This document shows, piece after piece, positions 37,737-49,113 of a stretch of 64,000 bases of DNA. Both the position numbers and the translations under genes were made by a program. The stretch's first letter is position 1. Each line of letters opens with the position of its first letter. This DNA comes from an uncultured cyanobacterium (lineage in GTDB: Bacteria; Cyanobacteriota; Cyanobacteriia; Cyanobacteriales; CAWCAG01), in the NCBI GenBank assembly GCA_963793425.1, contig CAWCAG010000009.1, positions 800,001-864,000 on the forward strand, read 5' to 3'. The notes beneath the pieces were generated by a model. That model worked only from the letters and a program-made list of their open reading frames with translations. It was not told where the DNA came from and did not search any database.

Positions 37737-40052
37737 CTAGCTTAAGAAAGAACGGCGTAAAAGTAAAGAATTTGTCACAACTATAACTGAACTAGCAGCC
37801 ATCAAACCTCCTGCTAAACCAGGACTCAGGACAAAACCCCAGTGTGGTAGTAAGATTCCTGCGGCGATAGGAATGGCAAAGGTGTTGTAACCAAGGGCCC
37901 AAAATAAATTTTGGCGAATTTTATTTAAGGTAGCTAAACTAAGACGCAGAGACTCAACGACATTAAATAAGTTTTCTTGCATCAAAATAATCCCGGCGGT
38001 TTCCATCGCTACATCTGTACCTCCTTGTAAAGATATACCTACATCTGCTTGTGCTAAGGCCGGGGCATCATTAATACCATCCCCAACCATAGCAACTACT
38101 TGAGATTCTTGTAGAGATTTAATGATGGCAGCTTTTTGCTCAGGTTTAATCCCGGCAAAAACTTGGGTGATGCCCAATTCTGTTGCTACTTGCTCTGCGA
38201 CTCCTTGGCGATCGCCTGTTAAGAGTATGACTTCTAAACCCCGTTTATGGAGCTTAGCGATGGTTTCTTTAGCTTGGGGACGTAATTTATCTTTTAAGGC
38301 AATTAACCCCGTCAATTCGCCATTTATAGAGCAGTAGACGACGGTTTTACCTGTTGTTGCTAAAGTAGTAACTTTCGCTTCTACTTGCCCATCTACAGGA
38401 ATACCTTGGCTTTCTAACCAAGCAAAATTTCCTAACACCACTTGTTCACCGTTCACTATTGCAGTAATACCCTGTCCCGGTTCAGTATGGAAGTTATCAG
38501 ATTTTAATAAGCTTAACTCCCTCAAATGGGCTTCTTGCAGAATTGCTGTAGCGAGGGGATGATTCGTACCACTTTCTGCTGAAGCTACAATTTGTAGTAA
38601 CTGGTCTGAACTTAGGGAAGTTAAAGATAGACAATCTGTTACCGTGGGATGACCTTGGGTTAAAGTGCCAGTTTTATCAAAAACGATACTATCCAACTGG
38701 TTGATACGTTCTAGAACATCGCCCCCTTTAATTAAAATGCCCTTTTCTGCCCCAATTCCTGTTCCCACCAAAATTGCTGTGGGAGTAGCTAAACCCAAAG
38801 CGCAGGGACAGGCAATTACTAAAACTGCGATCGCTAATTTCAAACTCAATAGCAAAGGGGAAGTGGCAGTAATAACTAAAACTTGGGGCCAAAGACTAGT
38901 GCCAAGAACATACCAAAAGAAAAAGGTTAAACTAGCTACCGTCATTACTCCATAAGCAAAATATCCTGCTACTTGATCTACTAGTTTCTGCACGGGGGCT
39001 TTGCTAGTTTGGGCGGCTTCTACCAGATTGATAATTTGGGCTAAGGTAGTATTTTTTCCAGTACGAATAGTTTTCAGAATAATTATTCCTGACTGGTTAA
39101 TTGTCCCCGCAACCACCTCTTCCCCCACTTGTTTAAAAACCGGTGCAGCTTCCCCAGTTAACATCCCTTCGTCAACGGTAGTTTCCCCTGCTACGACTTG
39201 CCCATCCACTGGAATCTTATCCCCTGGCAAAACCCTCACCAACTCTCCCTCTTTTACCTGTTCAACGGGAGTTGCCATACCTCTTTGTTCAGTAGTATGG
39301 GGTTGGCTGACTAAGTAAGCCAGGGGAGGTTGCAAGGTTAACAAAGCCCTTAAAGCTGAGGCTGCCCTACCTTTCGCCCTTTGTTCTAAAATTCTCCCTA
39401 ACAAGATAAAACCCAACAACATCACAGGTTCATCAAAAAAGCATTGCCAACCCAATTGTGGAAAAAACAACGCCGCACAACTAGCAAGGTAAGTAGTTAC
39501 AGTTCCCAAGCCCACTAAAGTATTCATATTGGGGATTCTCTGCCACAAACCCCTCGCACCATCCCTAACAATATCCCTACCAGGAAAAAGCAAAGCTAAG
39601 GTTGCCAAAGCCCAATGTAGCCAAATATTACTCAAAAAAGGAATTTTCGGCCCTCCCCAATGTCCTAAATGACCCAAACCAGAGAAAAAGAGTAAAACAG
39701 CAGCGATCGCTAATTGTTGTCTTTGTTGGCGTTTTTCTTGCTTTTGTTTTTCCTCAAGCCTGGTTTTCTGAGCCTCAAACGTCTCATCTTCAGAATTACG
39801 AATGTGGCTAGGAAAACCTTTAGAAGTGAGTTTAGCGGCTAAATCTCCCGGTTGAATTAACTCTGCATCATACTTAACCACAGCCATCTGGGTAACCAAA
39901 TTAACCCAAGCAGAAGCTACCCCTTGGTTTTGGGTTAACTGTCGTTCTACAGAACTAACACAACCTGCACATTTCATCCCCGCTACTTCAAGAGTTACTG
40001 TTTCCAAGCTTTCAGTCGGCTGAGATGGTTGAGTTGGTGAAGATACTTGCAT
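37737..40052 (-). CDS. ctaA: Cu(I)-type P1B ATPase (CtaA-like)
   Basis: GMKCAGC, CPCALGLATP, DKTGT, GDGINDAP, YN...M motifs. Confidence 0.88.
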   Translation of the reverse strand: MQVSSPTQPSQPTESLETVTLEVAGMKCAGCVSSVERQLTQNQGVASAWVNLVTQMAVVKYDAELIQPGDLAAKLTSKGFPSHIRNSEDETFEAQKTRLEEKQKQEKRQQRQQLAIAAVLLFFSGLGHLGHWGGPKIPFLSNIWLHWALATLALLFPGRDIVRDGARGLWQRIPNMNTLVGLGTVTTYLASCAALFFPQLGWQCFFDEPVMLLGFILLGRILEQRAKGRAASALRALLTLQPPLAYLVSQPHTTEQRGMATPVEQVKEGELVRVLPGDKIPVDGQVVAGETTVDEGMLTGEAAPVFKQVGEEVVAGTINQSGIIILKTIRTGKNTTLAQIINLVEAAQTSKAPVQKLVDQVAGYFAYGVMTVASLTFFFWYVLGTSLWPQVLVITATSPLLLSLKLAIAVLVIACPCALGLATPTAILVGTGIGAEKGILIKGGDVLERINQLDSIVFDKTGTLTQGHPTVTDCLSLTSLSSDQLLQIVASAESGTNHPLATAILQEAHLRELSLLKSDNFHTEPGQGITAIVNGEQVVLGNFAWLESQGIPVDGQVEAKVTTLATTGKTVVYCSINGELTGLIALKDKLRPQAKETIAKLHKRGLEVILLTGDRQGVAEQVATELGITQVFAGIKPEQKAAIIKSLQESQVVAMVGDGINDAPALAQADVGISLQGGTDVAMETAGIILMQENLFNVVESLRLSLATLNKIRQNLFWALGYNTFAIPIAAGILLPHWGFVLSPGLAGGLMAASSVIVVTNSLLLRRSFLS

Positions 40053-40186
40053 AGGTTTTGGTGAGGAAGAGATAGTTAAGTACTTATACTTTTGAGGTTA
40101 AGCTAAATCTTCTTTTCCAGCTAGTATTACAGCCTGTCAAACTTGATTTATAATCAAGTATTTTCCATCTTAGGAACAAATCAAAC

Positions 40187-40739
40187 TCATAAAGCTTCAA
40201 TCTCTTGGCGAGAAAGTTGGGTGATTTCCATAATAGTTTCCACATCTAAACCTCTTTGCTTACAAGAACGAGCTATAGCTTTTTTCCCTTGTTCAATACC
40301 TTGTTCAATACCTTGTTCAATACCCTCTTGTCTCCCTCTCTCCCTTGCTTTAATTTCTGCTTGTTCAATTTCCCATTGCGTCTCAAACTCCTGAGTACTC
40401 AACATACTCGCTTCATAACTCTTATTCTCCATATAACGAGAATAGGCCCTCCTTTCTGGTTCTGATAAATTATTGACTCGCAGAGTTTCTTTCGCTTGTA
40501 GCATTCCTTTCGCAGCAAACTCTCAGAATTAATTCCCCTTCTCCAGTTTCAGCGAGAATATCTACCCGATTAGTTTTATCTTCTTGGGTTTGTTGATTGC
40601 CTTCACTCTCAAGAAGAGTTTTAATGGTGAGTTCCTGGTGCAATAATTCACTCAAAAAGCCTTCTAAAACTACATAATTAGCCTTATTACGCAGCAACTT
40701 CTTAATCGCCCAGTCGAAGCGAATATGTGTATTTGGCAT
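40187..40739 (-). pseudogene. Rpn/PD-(D/E)XK transposase-like nuclease, internally deleted and frameshifted
   Basis: N part IRFDWAIKKLLR...NRVDIL and C part with GIEQGIEQGIEQG...IMEITQLS lie in different frames; junction ~40520. Confidence 0.8.
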
Positions 40740-40845
40740 CGTCTTATACTGCTTCTGTGGTTTTGGTTCTAGATAAATTTTATCTTAGAGTTAGATATTA
40801 ATTAAAGAGCTGCAAGATGTCATCTAAATGCGTAATAGCTTACCT

Positions 40846-42645
40846 CTATTCACTAACTTCAGAAGGAGGAATATTTTCAATAGAAATCAAAGCTTCCATC
40901 ACAGATTTAACCACAGGAGCAGCTACAGTAGAGCCAAAAGCATCACCTTGAGGTTCATCAACCACAGCCAAAACCACATAACGAGGATTATCTACCGGAA
41001 AAATCCCCACAAAACTCGTGATTTTTGCATTAGCATAATATCCTCCAGTGGGACTAGCTTTTTGTGCCGTACCTGTTTTTCCTGCAACACGATAACCAGG
41101 AATTTGAGCATTTTTCCCTGTCCCTTCTTCCACAACAGTCTCCATCATCTCTAAAACATCTCTACTAGTTTCAGGAGAAAAAACACGAGATTCTTCAAAG
41201 CGAGGCCGCCAATGATATTGTCCCTCACCATCAACCAATCCTCTCACCACATGGGGGGTTACTAACTTACCACCGTTAGCCAGTAAGGCATTGAGTTGTG
41301 CTAGTTTAATGGGAGTTAGGGAGAAACCTTGACCAAAAGATGTTGTCGCCGCTTCCACAGGAGAACTCAGAAACTCTTTTTGATTTTTCAGTTGTCCCTT
41401 CGCTTCTCCCATCAAATCTATGCCAACCTTTTCTCCCATTCCCAACCTTTCCAAAGCTCCATAATACGCTTCAGGGGACATTTGACGAACGATTTGTACC
41501 ATGCCCACATTACTAGAATCTCGTAAAATTTCCGTCACGCTAATATAGCCCCGCCCCCCTCGACTTTCATAGTCGAAGTTGGAAATGGGCCAAGTATCAA
41601 CATAAATTAAACCAGGATCATTAAAAGAACTATCTGCTTCAATAGCATTGGCTTCTAAAGCTACAGCAACATTAATGGGTTTAAAAGTGGAACCTGGTTC
41701 ATAAAGATCCGTAACAGCCCAATTTTTAAACAGTTGGACATCAAAGTTGTAATATTTATTTGGGTCGTAAGTTGGTTCACAAACTAAGGATAAAAGAGAA
41801 CCATCGCGGGCATCCATAACAACGACAGTTCCCCTTTTAGCGTTGAACTGACTCATCTTCTGTTTCAGAGCTAAACGGGCTGCCCTTTGCAATCGTAAAT
41901 CAATGGTTAACCGCATCTCCAAATCATCAAAATGCAGAAACCCTTCTGGTACATAAGAAGGCATAAGAGCGCCATTTCCTGCCCGACTAAGACGTAAGGT
42001 ACGTACAGACCTTTCTAAAAATTTTTGTTGGCTATATTCAATTCCTGCTTGTCCTTGATGGTCTAAATCTGTATAGCCAACTACCTCCGATGCCATTTCT
42101 TTATGGGGGTAGAGACGAGAATACTGGCGAATTAATTCTAAGCCATCGGCAGATAAAGCCAAAATGCGGTCGGCAACATCTTCACTCAAGGAGTTGGAAA
42201 GGCGAATCCCTGTCTCTTTTTGGTTAAACTTGTCCATCAACCCTTCTGGGGTTGCGTTGGGTAAGATTTTTGCTAGCTTATCAGCTACATCTTCTTTAGA
42301 AGTAGTAAATAATTTGGGGTGGGCGTAGAGATTATAAACTAATTGGTCTGTAGCCAAAACCTTACCTGTGCGGTCAATTATTTCTCTTCGGGGTATGTAG
42401 GGACGCAGATAAACCATCTGCTGTTGTTGGGCTTTGCCCCCTAAATCAGGAGCATTGAGAATTTGCAGCCGATATAAATTAATCCCTAATGCAATTGCAC
42501 CAGCACAAAGAAATCCCCAGACCATTAGTAATCGAGGTTTTTGGCTGGAGAAAAGACTTGATTGTTCTGGGGATGACGTAGTTTCCCTATTGTTGGGTTG
42601 GCGCTTCTTTTTTGGTGGAAAACTACGCAGTTTGGAATTAGCCAT
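40846..42645 (-). CDS. ftsI: Class B penicillin-binding protein (FtsI/PBP2-like)
   Basis: EPGSTFK, SSN and KTGT motifs; N-terminal TM. Confidence 0.9.
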   Translation of the reverse strand: MANSKLRSFPPKKKRQPNNRETTSSPEQSSLFSSQKPRLLMVWGFLCAGAIALGINLYRLQILNAPDLGGKAQQQQMVYLRPYIPRREIIDRTGKVLATDQLVYNLYAHPKLFTTSKEDVADKLAKILPNATPEGLMDKFNQKETGIRLSNSLSEDVADRILALSADGLELIRQYSRLYPHKEMASEVVGYTDLDHQGQAGIEYSQQKFLERSVRTLRLSRAGNGALMPSYVPEGFLHFDDLEMRLTIDLRLQRAARLALKQKMSQFNAKRGTVVVMDARDGSLLSLVCEPTYDPNKYYNFDVQLFKNWAVTDLYEPGSTFKPINVAVALEANAIEADSSFNDPGLIYVDTWPISNFDYESRGGRGYISVTEILRDSSNVGMVQIVRQMSPEAYYGALERLGMGEKVGIDLMGEAKGQLKNQKEFLSSPVEAATTSFGQGFSLTPIKLAQLNALLANGGKLVTPHVVRGLVDGEGQYHWRPRFEESRVFSPETSRDVLEMMETVVEEGTGKNAQIPGYRVAGKTGTAQKASPTGGYYANAKITSFVGIFPVDNPRYVVLAVVDEPQGDAFGSTVAAPVVKSVMEALISIENIPPSEVSE

Positions 42646-42669
42646 TAAGTGAACTGACAGAGTTGGTTT

Positions 42670-43185
42670 TTAGTATCCCAAAGGTGGCGTATTGTCTTGT
42701 CGTACTTGCTTGGAGGTAGATTCTTGGGCTGGACGTATAGTTGGTTCTTCTGAAGAGGGAGGCAACACTAAAGGGCGAGAATGTCTTAGCCCACTTTCTG
42801 GTTTTTCTGCTTGTTGAGCATGATAATTTTCCATGCCTGTTAGAGCTTTGACTAGTTGTCTTTCTATACTCTGCAAATATTCGAGTTTTTTGTACTCCTT
42901 ACTCCAAAGTTGTTGAGTATATACTGTCCAAGCATAAACAACCAAAGTTAAGCTCACTAGGGCAAAAGCCGTTATGGAGGAGCCTTTTTGAATAAAAAAT
43001 AGCGCTCCTAACCAGCCAGGTATTTTTGGGGAGGGAAGAGGCAGTTTTTCTACCCTGGAGTTTGTGACAGGACGATTAGAAGGAATTTCCTTTTTTAACT
43101 GACTATTAGTTACCCGATGGTTCATCGGTACTTGCTGAAGTTTAGGGCGAGGGCGATCATCAAAGGAATGAGGTACAAAAGACAT
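42670..43185 (-). CDS. Bitopic coiled-coil protein (FtsL-like)
   Basis: Single TM plus coiled coil, immediately upstream of ftsI. Confidence 0.6.
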   Translation of the reverse strand: MSFVPHSFDDRPRPKLQQVPMNHRVTNSQLKKEIPSNRPVTNSRVEKLPLPSPKIPGWLGALFFIQKGSSITAFALVSLTLVVYAWTVYTQQLWSKEYKKLEYLQSIERQLVKALTGMENYHAQQAEKPESGLRHSRPLVLPPSSEEPTIRPAQESTSKQVRQDNTPPLGY

Positions 43186-43528
43186 TTTTTATTAATGCTG
43201 AGCCAATTAGACAGTAGCTATTAAAAAGTCATTTCATCCTAACACCGGATGTTTCAGGGAGCCTAATACCTAAAGCATAATAATTGTCGGTTTGTTTCTC
43301 ATTTAAAAATGATTTTGATTAGTACATACTTATTGGTTTTAAGGGGTAAACCTCTAGTTCAACCCAAGATTTTATGGGACTTACATTATTAGGCGATCGC
43401 TTGATTAAATTCAAGTACTTATGGCATTTGAAGCTTTATTTTGAGTAGATGCAGATACACTTATTTCTTCTTAAGAATTCGCTTATCAAGACGATTTTCT
43501 GAAATAAAGGAATTTGTTTACATAAATA

Positions 43529-43750
43529 CTACTTAACTAAAATCGTATTATCGATTTGCCAGTTATTTACTTGAGGACTCCAAAGTAAATACACTCGTAC
43601 TATAGCGGGAATCTCTCTTCCACTTTCCATTACATATTTTATCTTGGCATCAACCACGGCTGAATCGGCATTTGTTTCTTGAAGAGTGACATCTCCTTCC
43701 ACCAATTTGACGGTTTGCCACCAACTCAGATAAGAAGTATAGCCTTTGGT
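43529..43750 (-). pseudogene. Fragment homologous to the C-terminal domain of kinase 27973-29460
   Basis: GYTSYLSWWQTV...AVVDAKIKY...LLW vs GYFSYVNWWETI...AKVDVELIY...LFW. Confidence 0.55.
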
Positions 43751-43796
43751 AATGTTAACCTGAATCTTATAGGGCAAAGGAAAAACACTAGCAAGT

Positions 43797-44855
43797 ATGA
43801 TTATTCCTCCTGGAACTTTGTTGCGAGGACGCTATCGGGTTATTGCTTCTCTGAGTAAAGGAGGCTTTGCGAAAACCTATGAGGTGGTAGACGAGAAAGA
43901 TAATAACACCTCTAAGGTAGTTAAAATCCTTGAACTAGACCGCACTATTGGTTCTAAGAATAAGGAAAAAATTATCTCTTTATTTAAAAGAGAAGCAGCA
44001 ATTTTAAGCGAGTTAGAGGACTGCGGCATTCCTAAAGGGGAAGCAAACAGCTATTTTACCTATCATCCAGAAGGGGAGAAACGCCCTTGTCATTGTTTAG
44101 TGATGGAGAAAATCAATGGCCCTAACTTGGAAGAATGGTTAAAACAGCGGGCAAATCAGCCTATTTCAGAAAAGCAAGCTATTACTTGGTTAACTCAACT
44201 GGTAGAAATATTAGCTAAGCTTCACGAGCAAAACTATGTGCATCGCGACATTAAGCCAGCTAACGTGATGTTACGCTTGAGTACCGAAACAGGCATAACA
44301 GAAGATGAGTGTCACCATCAGTTAGTCTTGATTGATTTCGGGGCAGTTAAGCAAGTTACAGCTAGTTATATCGCTGGGAGCGATCGCAGTACTCGCTTAG
44401 GTTCACCAGGTTATATTGCTCCTGAACAGGATGTAGGTAAAGTTGTTCCCCAATCAGACTTTTTTGCTTTAGGACGTACCTTGGTTCATTTGCTGACAGG
44501 TAAACATCCTATGGATATAGGGCAAGATTATGAAACGAGTAAGCTAGACTGGCGCAACCTTGCACCACAAATTTCCTCACCTTTGGCAGATTTATTAGAT
44601 GAGTTGATGTCTCCTTCCCCCAAAACTCGCCCCCAAACTGCCCAAAAAATTAAGCAAGGCTTGGAGAAAATCATCAACCCCCCTGCACCTTCTCAAGCTT
44701 TAATAAACATATCTGGTCTTCATTTGCTGGTATTAGTAAATCTGGTTATTTTAGTCATTTTGCTAATCGTAAGCAGCTTATTCTGGCAAGCAAAACAGAA
44801 ACAACATGAATTTGAAGAACAGACAGGTTCCGGTAGAGCAGCTATTATGAGCTAA
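43797..44855 (+). CDS. Ser/Thr protein kinase with C-terminal TM
   Basis: SKGGFA, HRDIKPAN, DFG, GSPGYIAPE. Confidence 0.9.
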   Translation: MIIPPGTLLRGRYRVIASLSKGGFAKTYEVVDEKDNNTSKVVKILELDRTIGSKNKEKIISLFKREAAILSELEDCGIPKGEANSYFTYHPEGEKRPCHCLVMEKINGPNLEEWLKQRANQPISEKQAITWLTQLVEILAKLHEQNYVHRDIKPANVMLRLSTETGITEDECHHQLVLIDFGAVKQVTASYIAGSDRSTRLGSPGYIAPEQDVGKVVPQSDFFALGRTLVHLLTGKHPMDIGQDYETSKLDWRNLAPQISSPLADLLDELMSPSPKTRPQTAQKIKQGLEKIINPPAPSQALINISGLHLLVLVNLVILVILLIVSSLFWQAKQKQHEFEEQTGSGRAAIMS

Positions 44856-44953
44856 AATCCAAGCAAACCTGCACATTCTCGATATTTTAATGAAGAATAA
44901 TTTCAGATTTGCTATCTTAAGTTCATTAAGATAAGTTAAGAATTGTTACCACT

Positions 44954-45217
44954 GTGAGTTCTCATCCTCTACCGCAAACTACTGCTTACGTGCGGATAAC
45001 TAAGCAGTCTTGGCAACAAGGAAAAATTGAAGGAGAAATTAGGGCGGGCTACTATGAATGGCAGTTCAATTGGCATTTTCGCTGCGGTCAGCTATCGGTT
45101 CATCCTTCTTTAGGCAGGGCGTTGATTCTAGAACCTTTGGGGCGTTTTCTAGAACAGAGTGATTATTTACTTGAACCAGGAGGAGATTACGAGTTTACCG
45201 TTCGTGCGGAGTTATAG
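44954..45217 (+). CDS. Conserved cyanobacterial protein (DUF3146-like)
   Basis: PQTTAYVRIT...PSLGRALI.EPLGRFLE..DY.LEPGGDY. Confidence 0.7.
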   Translation: MSSHPLPQTTAYVRITKQSWQQGKIEGEIRAGYYEWQFNWHFRCGQLSVHPSLGRALILEPLGRFLEQSDYLLEPGGDYEFTVRAEL

Positions 45218-45313
45218 GCAATAGAGGGCAAATTTCAAATGTTTAATGTTTAATATAGCCTACGGCAACGCATAGTCTAACGACAACGTTTACACAAACG
45301 CGAAGCGCCAATA

Positions 45314-45634
45314 ATGTTCAATGATAAATGTTTAACCCCAATAGTTGCCACCACAAAAATGCAAGCTTGGATTCGCAGCAGACATCTGGTTTATTCAGGT
45401 AAGTTTTTTGTTTTAGAAACTTCAGAATATGCAACAATAGAAAGCTTTTGTGAATGTGTAGAAGCTTTAGGAGAAATATTAATTAGTGTAGAACCTTTAA
45501 GAAAAGCTTTGATTAGCAACCAAAGAAAGGTTATTCTTTATCAAGCAAAAGCAAGCTTGCATAACCCTCATCATGATTTAAAACAATATTGGCTTAATCA
45601 TGGTAGTTCCTCCAGTCGCTTTGAAAATCAATGA
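45314..45634 (+). CDS. cpeR: CpeR-family protein
   Basis: MQAWIRSRHL...ILYQAKASLH.PHHDLKQYW. Confidence 0.7.
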   Translation: MFNDKCLTPIVATTKMQAWIRSRHLVYSGKFFVLETSEYATIESFCECVEALGEILISVEPLRKALISNQRKVILYQAKASLHNPHHDLKQYWLNHGSSSSRFENQ

Positions 45635-45714
45635 TGTCTACGGCAACGGCAAGCCGAACAGTTATCAATAATCTCAGTGGAAATTAACTGCTGCCTACTC
45701 CCTACTCCCTTATT

Positions 45715-45963
45715 TTGATAATGAAAGAACAATTTCTTATTTGGCTTAATAAATTTTTAGTTGCTAATATTTTCTTTGTTATTTTGAGCTTTTTTTGGTT
45801 CGTTATTGCTTTAATCGGGCGTTCTGTGAATATTCCTTTGGGTTTTGATCTTTGGTTTAGTCTTTGGGAACCAGTTTTTACCCCAGCCATTGGTATATTA
45901 ATGGCTGGGGCAATCATGGTTGGTTTAATTAATCAAATTAATAAACGACTAAACCGCAGCTAA
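45715..45963 (+). CDS. Small two-TM membrane protein
   Basis: Two hydrophobic helices; [16 protein letters not shown]. Confidence 0.65.
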   Translation: MIMKEQFLIWLNKFLVANIFFVILSFFWFVIALIGRSVNIPLGFDLWFSLWEPVFTPAIGILMAGAIMVGLINQINKRLNRS

Positions 45964-46659
45964 CTCCCGCTCAGCAGGACGCTTACTGTTACGAATCCCT
46001 TCAATAGCCTCAGCATAATCAGGTGCTTTAAAAACAGCAGAACCAGCTACAATAGCATTGGCTCCCGCTTCTAAAACCTGCCAAGTATTATTGGGCTTCA
46101 AACCGCCATCAACTTCAATCCAAGGATCTAATCCTCTTTCATCACACATCTGACGCAGTTTTTGGATTTTAGGAACGACTCCAGGAATGAAGCTTTGACC
46201 ACCGAAACCAGGGTTAACGCTCATGATTAAAATGAGGTCACAAAGTTCCAAAACATAGTCAATTAACTCTAAAGGAGTACCAGGATTAAGGACGACACCC
46301 GCTTGTTTGCCTAACTCCCGAATTTGACCCAAGGTACGATGGAGATGAGGAGAAGCATTGTGTTCAGCGTGTACAGAAATAATATCTGCCCCAGCTTTAG
46401 CAAAGCCCTCAACGTACTTTTCTGGTTCGACAATCATCAAGTGAACATCCAAAGGCTTTTTGGTAACAGGGCGAATCGCATCAACAATTAAAGGGCCGAT
46501 GGTAATGTTAGGAACAAAACGTCCATCCATAACATCGACGTGAATCCAGTCTGCACCCGCTTCATCAATAGCTTTAATTTCTTCTCCTAAACGGCTGAAG
46601 TCAGCAGATAAAATTGAAGGGGAGATTACTATATCTTTTTTCTTAGCAGCTTGGTTCAT
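45949..46659 (-). CDS. rpe: Ribulose-phosphate 3-epimerase
   Basis: [30 protein letters not shown]. Confidence 0.97.
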   Translation of the reverse strand: MNQAAKKKDIVISPSILSADFSRLGEEIKAIDEAGADWIHVDVMDGRFVPNITIGPLIVDAIRPVTKKPLDVHLMIVEPEKYVEGFAKAGADIISVHAEHNASPHLHRTLGQIRELGKQAGVVLNPGTPLELIDYVLELCDLILIMSVNPGFGGQSFIPGVVPKIQKLRQMCDERGLDPWIEVDGGLKPNNTWQVLEAGANAIVAGSAVFKAPDYAEAIEGIRNSKRPAERELAAV

Positions 46660-47062
46660 GGCAAGTATTTTCTCAAAAATATATCTTTGCTCATAATTTT
46701 AACAAAATGTTTACAATTACGTTTTTAAGAGTTAAAACCAACCGAAATTATTCTTTTATAGAACATTTGTTCTAATTTTATTTTTGTTTTTATCTATCTC
46801 TTGATTCTATCTTTATTTGATGATATTTTAGATAATGGGTAATATAAGGTTCTATTCAAAAAAATGCGTCTATTCCCATTATTTAAAATAATTTTACCTT
46901 GTCAAGGGAAAATAAGGTAGAAAAACGCCAGAAAAAATGTAAATTTTTGTAAAGTTTGTTAGTTGCTTCCTTTAAAACTAAAAACCAAGAACTAGAAACC
47001 AAAAACTAACTATCAAAGACAAGTTACTGTAATAGGATTGGTTAAGGGAAAAAATATCTTTT

Positions 47063-48820
47063 ATGCAATCAATCCTCCAACAACTCAAAAGTAGCTTTAG
47101 CAACGCCTTAGTAGCAGCATACGGTAATGAATTTGCTGATACAGATCCTCTTGTTGTCCTTGCCAGCAATCCCAAATTTGGTGACTATCAAGCTAACGTT
47201 GCCCTCTCCTTAACCAAAAAGTTAGGCAAGCCTCCTCGTACTATTGCCCAAGAATTAATCACTAAGTTGGATGTTGAAGACTTTTGCCAACCGCCTCAAA
47301 TTGCTGGCCCTGGTTTCATTAATCTTACTTTGCAACCAGAATATTTAGAAAGGTTTTTAAAAACTATTCAAGGGGATGAGCGTTTAGGGATAGAGAAAGT
47401 TAAAGATCCGCAACGGGTAATCATCGACTTTTCTAGCCCTAACATTGCTAAAGAAATGCACGTCGGCCATCTCCGTTCGACTATTATCGGCGATTGTCTT
47501 GCCCGTGTGTTGGAATTTCGGGGTCAAGATGTCCTGCGGTTAAATCATGTGGGGGATTGGGGTACTCAGTTTGGGATGTTAATCGCTTATTTGCGAGAAG
47601 CCTATCCAAAAGCCTTAACTACTGCCGATGCTCTAGAATTGGGGGATTTAGTGGCTTTATATCGTCAAGCAAAACAGCGTTTTGATGAAGACGAAGAATT
47701 TCGCGAAACTTCCCGTGAAGAAGTAGTTAAGTTGCAAGCAGGGGCAGAAGATAGTTTAAGGGCATGGCAATTACTTTGTAATCAATCTCGGCGAGAGTTT
47801 GAGGTTATTTATAAGCTTCTGGATATTAAGTTAACAGAAAGAGGAGAGTCTTTTTATAATCCCATGTTGCCGGATATAGTTACTTATTTGGATGAACAAG
47901 GTTTATTAGAAAAGAATGCCGGGGCGCAATGTGTTTTCTTAGAAGGTTTCCAGAATAAAGAAGGAGATCCTTTACCCTTAATTGTGCAGAAATCTGATGG
48001 GGGTTATAACTACGCAACCACTGATTTAGCTGCTTTGAAATATCGGGTAGAAGAAGATGGGGCCGAGAGAATTATTTATGTTACAGATGCGGGGCAAGGT
48101 AATCATTTTGCTCAAGTATTTCAAGTGGCAAGAAAAGCAGAAATATTACCAGAAAACGTTGAAGTTGTTCACGTGCCTTTTGGTTTAGTGCTAGGGCCAG
48201 ATGGTAAAAAGCTGGCAACTCGTTCCGGAAAAACAATTCGCCTCAAAGACTTACTTGATGAAGCAATTTCTCGTTCTCGCGCAGATTTAGAGAAGAGATT
48301 AAAAGAGGAGAAAAGAACAGAAAGTGAAGAGTTTATTTCTCAAGTATCTCAAGTAGTGGGTTTGAGTGCTGTTAAATACGCTGATTTAAGTCAAAATCGT
48401 ATCAGTAACTATATCTTTAGCTACGACAGAATGTTAGAACTGAAAGGTAATACCGCACCCTATATGCTTTACGCCTACGCGAGAACAAGAAGTGTGGGTC
48501 GTGAAGGGAAAGTTGATTTTACTCAGTTACAGGATGCCGCTATTCTTTTAAAAGAAACAGAGGAATTAGTTTTAGCTAAGCATATTTTAAATTTTGAAGA
48601 AGTAGTTAAAGAAGTAGAAAAAGAATTACTTCCCAATCGTCTTTGCGACTATTTATATGAACTAGCGAAAAAGTATAATCGCTTTTACGAAGAGTGTCCT
48701 ATTCTGCAAGCAGAAGAAGAATCTCTTAAAAACTCTCGCTTAATAGTGGCTGATTTAACAGCAAAAACTATTAAGTTAGGTTTGTCTTTATTAGGGATAA
48801 CGGTTTTAGAAAGAATGTAA
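47063..48820 (+). CDS. argS: Arginine-tRNA ligase
   Basis: [19 protein letters not shown]-terminal ERM. Confidence 0.97.
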   Translation: MQSILQQLKSSFSNALVAAYGNEFADTDPLVVLASNPKFGDYQANVALSLTKKLGKPPRTIAQELITKLDVEDFCQPPQIAGPGFINLTLQPEYLERFLKTIQGDERLGIEKVKDPQRVIIDFSSPNIAKEMHVGHLRSTIIGDCLARVLEFRGQDVLRLNHVGDWGTQFGMLIAYLREAYPKALTTADALELGDLVALYRQAKQRFDEDEEFRETSREEVVKLQAGAEDSLRAWQLLCNQSRREFEVIYKLLDIKLTERGESFYNPMLPDIVTYLDEQGLLEKNAGAQCVFLEGFQNKEGDPLPLIVQKSDGGYNYATTDLAALKYRVEEDGAERIIYVTDAGQGNHFAQVFQVARKAEILPENVEVVHVPFGLVLGPDGKKLATRSGKTIRLKDLLDEAISRSRADLEKRLKEEKRTESEEFISQVSQVVGLSAVKYADLSQNRISNYIFSYDRMLELKGNTAPYMLYAYARTRSVGREGKVDFTQLQDAAILLKETEELVLAKHILNFEEVVKEVEKELLPNRLCDYLYELAKKYNRFYEECPILQAEEESLKNSRLIVADLTAKTIKLGLSLLGITVLERM

Positions 48821-48910
48821 TCTTATCAAAGAAGTCAAGACAGTTCACTATGTTCAGAGGTCATCCTAAAGATTTGAAAATTTGTGGATAGATTAAATTG
48901 AGAATGACTC

Positions 48911-49005
48911 TATAGCCTTTCTCGGACTGATGAGGTACATTTCCACTAGCCACTAGCCAAAGCGCAAAAACCAGGCTGTACCTCACTAGCCTAAGAATCG
49001 CTATA
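48911..49005. repeat. Small palindromic dispersed element (TATAGC...TGAGGTACA / TGTACCTCA...GCTATA)
   Basis: Imperfect terminal inverted repeats; a half-copy lies at 59342-59364. Confidence 0.65.
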
Positions 49006-49113
49006 TTACTTTAATGGACATTAAAAGGAGTAATATGAAATAGAAAAAGGTATGCTACACATAAATCAAATCAAGCTATTTGTTCTCGCTCATATAACAA
49101 ATAGCAAAAAAGC

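Noticed and set aside
34317..39811. Numerous short ORFs overlapping the WGR-HEAT and Cu-ATPase genes
   Set aside because: They are antisense or alternate-frame shadows of long genuine genes and have no recognisable motifs.
46660..47062. RNA gene or T-box in the AT-rich rpe-argS intergenic region
   Set aside because: No tRNA fold or T-box motif is recognisable; it is consistent with divergent promoters.
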